Part shown: in pieces, positions 59,184-64,000 of the stretch | Numbering within the stretch: the stretch's first letter is position 1 | Layout of the letters: each line of letters starts with the position of its first letter | Assembly: GCA_964016885.1 (NCBI GenBank) | Contig: OZ024743.1 | Span: 370,512,001 to 370,576,000 of the forward strand | Direction of reading: 5' to 3' | DNA length: 64,000 bases | From: Eledone cirrhosa | Lineage: Eukaryota | Translations under genes and position numbers: made by a program | Notes under the pieces: model-generated | The model's database searches: none | The model's input: only the letters and a program-made list of their open reading frames with translations | What the model was told of the DNA's origin: nothing

Positions 59184-61890
59184 AATAGTTTATAACTTTG
59201 TCTATTAATCCGTATGGTGAGCAAATGGGGTCCCACGGAGTCCAAGCCTCACGGAAACGCTGATGCGCAGGCTATCGTTATCCAGCTACATGCCAGTGGA
59301 GAAGGAGGGTAAGGCATGGAGCCAGGCACTACTATGGGGTTTGGAGGCCGCGCGAAAACAGACAAGCGGTTCTTGTCAAGCTGGCACGTTAGCCTGTCTG
59401 AGGCCAGGCTGCACTGGATGGCATCCCATACGCTTTGGGGGGACTTGACGTCAGCAGGGGGATAAGGAGGAGGGGCGTCTACTGGGCTAAGTCCCAGCCT
59501 GTCCAACGTCACACAGGTGACCTCACGTTCCTTGAACACAAAGGGTTCTATTGTGTTTTGGAGAACCCTGCTGACGAGGACGCGGTTGGAGGTTATTAAT
59601 GAAAGAAACGCCGGCAAAGCCAGCGAGATCGGGATTGGAGGCCAAGGCCGCCATATCTGACAGGTAAAGTGGCCTGTTGCCATCCAATGTCGTCAAACCT
59701 GACATTGCATATCTCCTCAGCTGCCACTCGGATACAAGTATCAAGGTCAGCGAGGAGAGATGCGTGGCTGTAGCACGGAATGCTACGAAGGGGGTAGAGG
59801 AGCTTCAGTATGGCGAAGCAGTTCCTCAACAGGAAGCTGGGTGGCCCTCAATCAAGCCCAGTCGGCTCGTGAGGGTCTGGAGTTGATGGAGCGGATGGCT
59901 GGCGGGTGGATCAGTGACCCGAGGGTGAGGACATTTTCTTTGGGGGTCACCTGTACCTGGTGGAGAATGTATCGCACGTCCGATATGGAGGCTGCAAAGC
60001 TCTCAGCATCATGGCTGTCATTTACCACCTCCGACTTGGATGAGTTGACCTGGAGGCCGATTCCCGCCAGGGCACGAACCGCTGATTGAAGGTCAAGGCA
60101 GACAGTCTCCACGGGCCCAACCAGCGTAGCATCATCCAGGTGTCAAACTTTGAGTGGGGCTGTGATATTCTGAGCAATGTGGTCTATACCAAGGGCAAAG
60201 AGGAGGGGGCCCAAAGAGTCACCCTGTTGGACCCCAGTGGCCGAGGGCATGACCATGTCAACAGCAAGGAGCATGCTCAGGGCTCTATATGACAAGTAGG
60301 CCAGCGGGTACGCAGAGGGGGCTCGGCTGAGGCAGGCATCGAGCAGATAGTCCCGGCGTATGCAGTTAAAGGAATTCCTCATGTCAAGCTTGACAATGAG
60401 GTTCCTGGAGTCCCTGGATGCTATACCAGTGGGCAGCTATTGAAGAACTGCCTGGATGCATGTGCGGCCCCCTCACAGCCACCGGACACGCCGACACCCA
60501 GCTGCACCAGACTGAACTCTTCACCCAGTTCAGGTGTTATGTACCTGCAGACCACCTTAGCAGCCAGCCTCCGGAAGACATTGCCCACAGCGATCGGGCG
60601 TATGCCACCCTCTTTCTTCCTGAGAGCAGTCAGGCAAGCCAAAAAAGGAGGCCTCAGGTGTGAGGATCCAGGGCGTCATGGATAAGCCTATTAGTGAGTG
60701 CCACAATTGCACTCAGAAGGCAGTGCCCGGCCTCAGCGGAGAGGGAGGATAGAAACTCCTTGAGGTGGCCTGGTCAGAGACCATCAACACCTCCGCTGCT
60801 GCTAGCTGGGAAGGACTTGGTGGCAGACATGATGTCTGCGTCGGAAGCCACAAGGAGCAGGTGGGGATAGGGTGGGGGTATGGGTTGGAGGTCAGCGGGT
60901 GCTCAGAGTGCTTGAGTCGCAGGGCATCCAGGACTTCCTTAGTGGGTTGGAGGACAGTGTCCTATGAGGCAACCAGTCTGACTGCGGCCGAGACATCACC
61001 CATGATATGTTTAGCGTTTACGCGGTAACGCAAACGCTTGGCGCTGGCCTCAGTGGTGGAGGATTGGAGGCACCCAAGAGCAGGGGTTGTGGCGTCCTTC
61101 AGCATGCTTGGAATGGGTGCTTGCCGAAAGGACGAAACATTGGCCTTTACAAAGGCTGCTGTCGACAGGCCGCCTCGGTCAGCGCCAGAGCTGGGGAGGC
61201 CGAGGGTAAGTGGAGCGAAATGGAAGAGGCGCTCCCACTCGCTGGCTCGATTGGAGTCCAGAGCACTCTCGATCGAGGAAGCGAGGGCATTGGCTACAGG
61301 CACCTGGGCCACTCTCGGGAGCTTGAGCAGAATCTTCCGGAGCCGCCTGAACCGAGCGATGTTGACCAGCGAGGCTTGGGCATCAGGCAACGCTGTCTCA
61401 TCTGGTGGAGTGCCAGACGAGCGTAGCTGGGCAGACGAGGGGAAGAGACAGTTTCTGCATCTCCACGCTGGAGGGCACTGGAAGCTCGACGCATCAAGCC
61501 AACACAGGTGAATGGATGAATGTACAAAAAGAAAACAGGGGGTTGTTCCCAGCGAAATGACACAAAGGTTGTTATTGTCACTGATGCTGGAGTTGGCTTC
61601 CTCTTGTTAATGATGGTGGTAGTGATTGCTGGTAAGATGTTGGTGTATACACATATATGTTGTTGTTGTTAATGTCACTGCTGCCGTCGTATCCTTCCTC
61701 TTGTTAATGGTAGTGGTATTTGATACCGATACCTATTTCGGCTGCCCGGCTGGTTGCTGGGGCTCGAATGCTTTCTTTCACCCAAGATGCAGGGTCGTTG
61801 TTATTGTCACTGTTGCTGTTGTTGCCTTCCTCTTGGTAATGCTTGTGATAATTGTTGGTGCTACCTATTTCGGCTGTCAAGCTGGCTGCT
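59184..61890 (-). mobile_element. CRE-clade non-LTR retrotransposon with RT; zinc finger/endonuclease region internally deleted
   Basis: LTALRKKEGGIRPIAVGNVFRRLAAK, QLGVGVSGGCE, KLDMRNSFNCIRR, GVQQGDSLGPLLF, LDD, GLQVNSSKSE, ATLPVRYGGLGL, SGAWLHALP..RLG, joined directly to the 3' end. The 5' boundary is approximate. Confidence 0.88.
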
Positions 61891-61959
61891 GAATCAGCTT
61901 CTGTTTACATTTTCGCATACATCTTAACGATATTCTCAATGGACGCTCTTACAATATTT

Positions 61960-64000
61960 AAATGTGACCAGCAGCGAAGGCTATGCTTTTAGGCTAGTGG
62001 CTGTTTATGCCCCGTCAGGGGTAGGATGGCCTGATCTATTCAGGCAACTGGAGACCTTCCTAGGAACGTCCCACTCTTTAATGTTAGTGGGCAATTGGAA
62101 TGGGATCTTGGATGCACGCTGGGATTGTGTGCGATTAGTGGATAGGGAGGAGAGAGTAAAAGCCTCGCAAACCTGCTCAGATGTTTCCAACTGTCTGACA
62201 GGTACCGACTGGATTTCCCGAATGTGCTAATGTAGACTTGGACAAACTGAATCGGGTCATCCAGCTCGTATCTAGATAGACTATTTTGTAAGGAAATAAA
62301 TAGTTCTAACATAAGTTGTCCACAATTCAAAATAGTCGACTACACAGACCACAAATTCGTGATCTGTGTGGTTGACTTAGATAGGCTTCATAGTTAAGCG
62401 GGTGTTTATGGGGGTAATCAACAACAAATGTTGGTTCGCCCTGAAAAAGGAGATTAGAATGGAGTCCATAAGGTTTAGTAAAGCGTTAGAAATAGAGAAA
62501 AATAGAGCAGAGGGAGAACTAGTTAGAAAATTAGATGAGGTGCTTAGTAAAGGCTTCGCGACCGACGTTCTTGCGGCGAAATTGACACTCGACCAATTCT
62601 TAAACGCAAAGCACGAAGGCTGCGTTGTCAGAGCTATGGTGCGTGCTCACAGAAACGAGGAGACAAAAGCCGTTTGATGGTCCTGGGTGGTGGAGGCACG
62701 ACGGGGCAACAAAGCCACGATCCGGTCTTTGGAGGACCACGACGGGTGCATGTTACTCAAACCCGAGCAAATGTGTGCGGCTTTTTAGCGGCACTTCACT
62801 CAGCTGTTCGGGGCCAGCGGTGGGTCGGATTGCAGGATGGACTTTAGCACCTACCTTGACGGACTGCCATGGCTCTCGGCCACTGAAGCAGAGTGTTGCG
62901 AAAGGCCCATAACATGGGTAGCAATGACTGACGGCACAATGGGTAAATCGCCTGGTTTGGATGGGATGGTCTGCCCTACGAGCTTTACGTATGCATGCTA
63001 GACTTGTTCAGCGACTTCTTGGTGGACGTCTACTGCAACTGGCAGCAGAACAGGAGAATTCCCAGCTCTGTGAGCCGAGAGGCAGTAGCACTGCTCAGAG
63101 AGGACCCGAACAAGGAGGACAAGATAGATAATTTCAGGCCCATAACTCTGCTAAACGCAGAGTTCAAGATTTTAGCCAAGGTGCTAGCAAAGAGGTTGGC
63201 ACTTGTCGTCGGTGGTCTGGTGGGAGAGGCGCAGACATGCACCATTCCAGACAGATCCGTCCACGACAAACTCCACCTCATGCGATACATCGTGGAGAAG
63301 GTAGCTAACTAACCTGGCAAGGGAGGAGTCTTGATCAATTTAGATCAGTCGAAAGTTTTCGATAGGGTCGACAACCGGTATCTGGTGGCGGTCCTGAGGG
63401 TGGCCGGCTTTGGGCCCATCTTTGGGCACAGTGACATCTGCACTCTGGTGAGAGTCACCAGTCACCTTTCAGAACCGTTCAACATCATGCGCTCGGTCCA
63501 CCAAGGTTGTCCCCTCTTGTCCCTGTTGTACATTGAATCATTACTGCACAAACTGGAGACGTTGAGGGGTGTCCCTCGCAAATTAGGATGTGGGAGAACC
63601 GTGACAGCATATGCCGACGACGTCAAAGTAGTGGTGTCGAATGCTAACCACATCGAGGCGATCGGCACTACACTAAGAGAATACGAAGCGGTGACAGGAG
63701 CAATGATTAACAAGGAAAAGTCGGTGGGCCTGCAGCTCGGCACCTGGAGAGGCAGGTCCATGCCGTCCAACAGCATCATCGAGCGCTGGATGGACAGACC
63801 GGTTAAATTGCTAGGGGTCTAGTTCGGTCCAGACCTCCAGACAGACAAAAGCTGGGACGAGGTGACGAGCAGGATGGCCTCTCTCACCCAGAAATGGTCC
63901 GAGAGGAAGCTATCCCTGAAAGGTCGAGCGGAGGTGACGAACGTGTATATCGTATCCGTCATCTACTACCGCCTGACTCTTGTGCTTTCTCCTAAGCCTC
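61960..64000 (+). mobile_element. L1/Tx1-clade LINE ORF2 (APE + RT), degenerate, running off the window
   Basis: APE FRLVAVYAPS, GNWN, YLDRLF, TDHK; RT NFRPITLLNAEFKILAKVLAKRL, LDQSKVFDRVD, SVHQGCPL, AYADDV, INKEKS. Confidence 0.88.

Overview
Eukaryotic, AT-rich, repeat-dense genomic DNA. The SINE/RTE repertoire looks like a coleoid cephalopod (Octopus-like); this is inferred from repeat types only. The window lies inside one + strand gene that the ORF track largely misses. Eight GT-AG exons (1702-1839, 16819-17121, 20773-20886, 27143-27290, 30504-30658, 35302-35433, 38145-38255, 50286-50406) splice in frame with matching phases. Together they give 1222 nt (about 407 aa) of a mosaic extracellular protein: MAM-LDLa-SRCR-LDLa-LDLa-SRCR (start only). 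Both termini lie outside the window. The first intron splits the MAM domain and holds a ~12.3-kb tandem array of a 30-bp unit (GATGATAACAGGGAGATGGGGGAATGTAGA) with extreme G/purine skew and nested higher-order structure; the array accounts for essentially all ORF calls between 2.3 and 14.6 kb. The other introns are filled with mobile elements: RTE, CR1-like, R4/Dong-like, CRE-like and L1/Tx1-like non-LTR retrotransposons, a Gypsy element (LTR, tRNA-Trp PBS, intact -1 frameshift signal), a mariner fragment, Helitrons and several tRNA-derived SINE families. Candidate HDV-like and hammerhead ribozyme remnants and several inverted-repeat (dsRNA-forming) arrangements were also found. All alignments and identity estimates were made by eye, and repeat boundaries are approximate unless a terminus or TSD is given.
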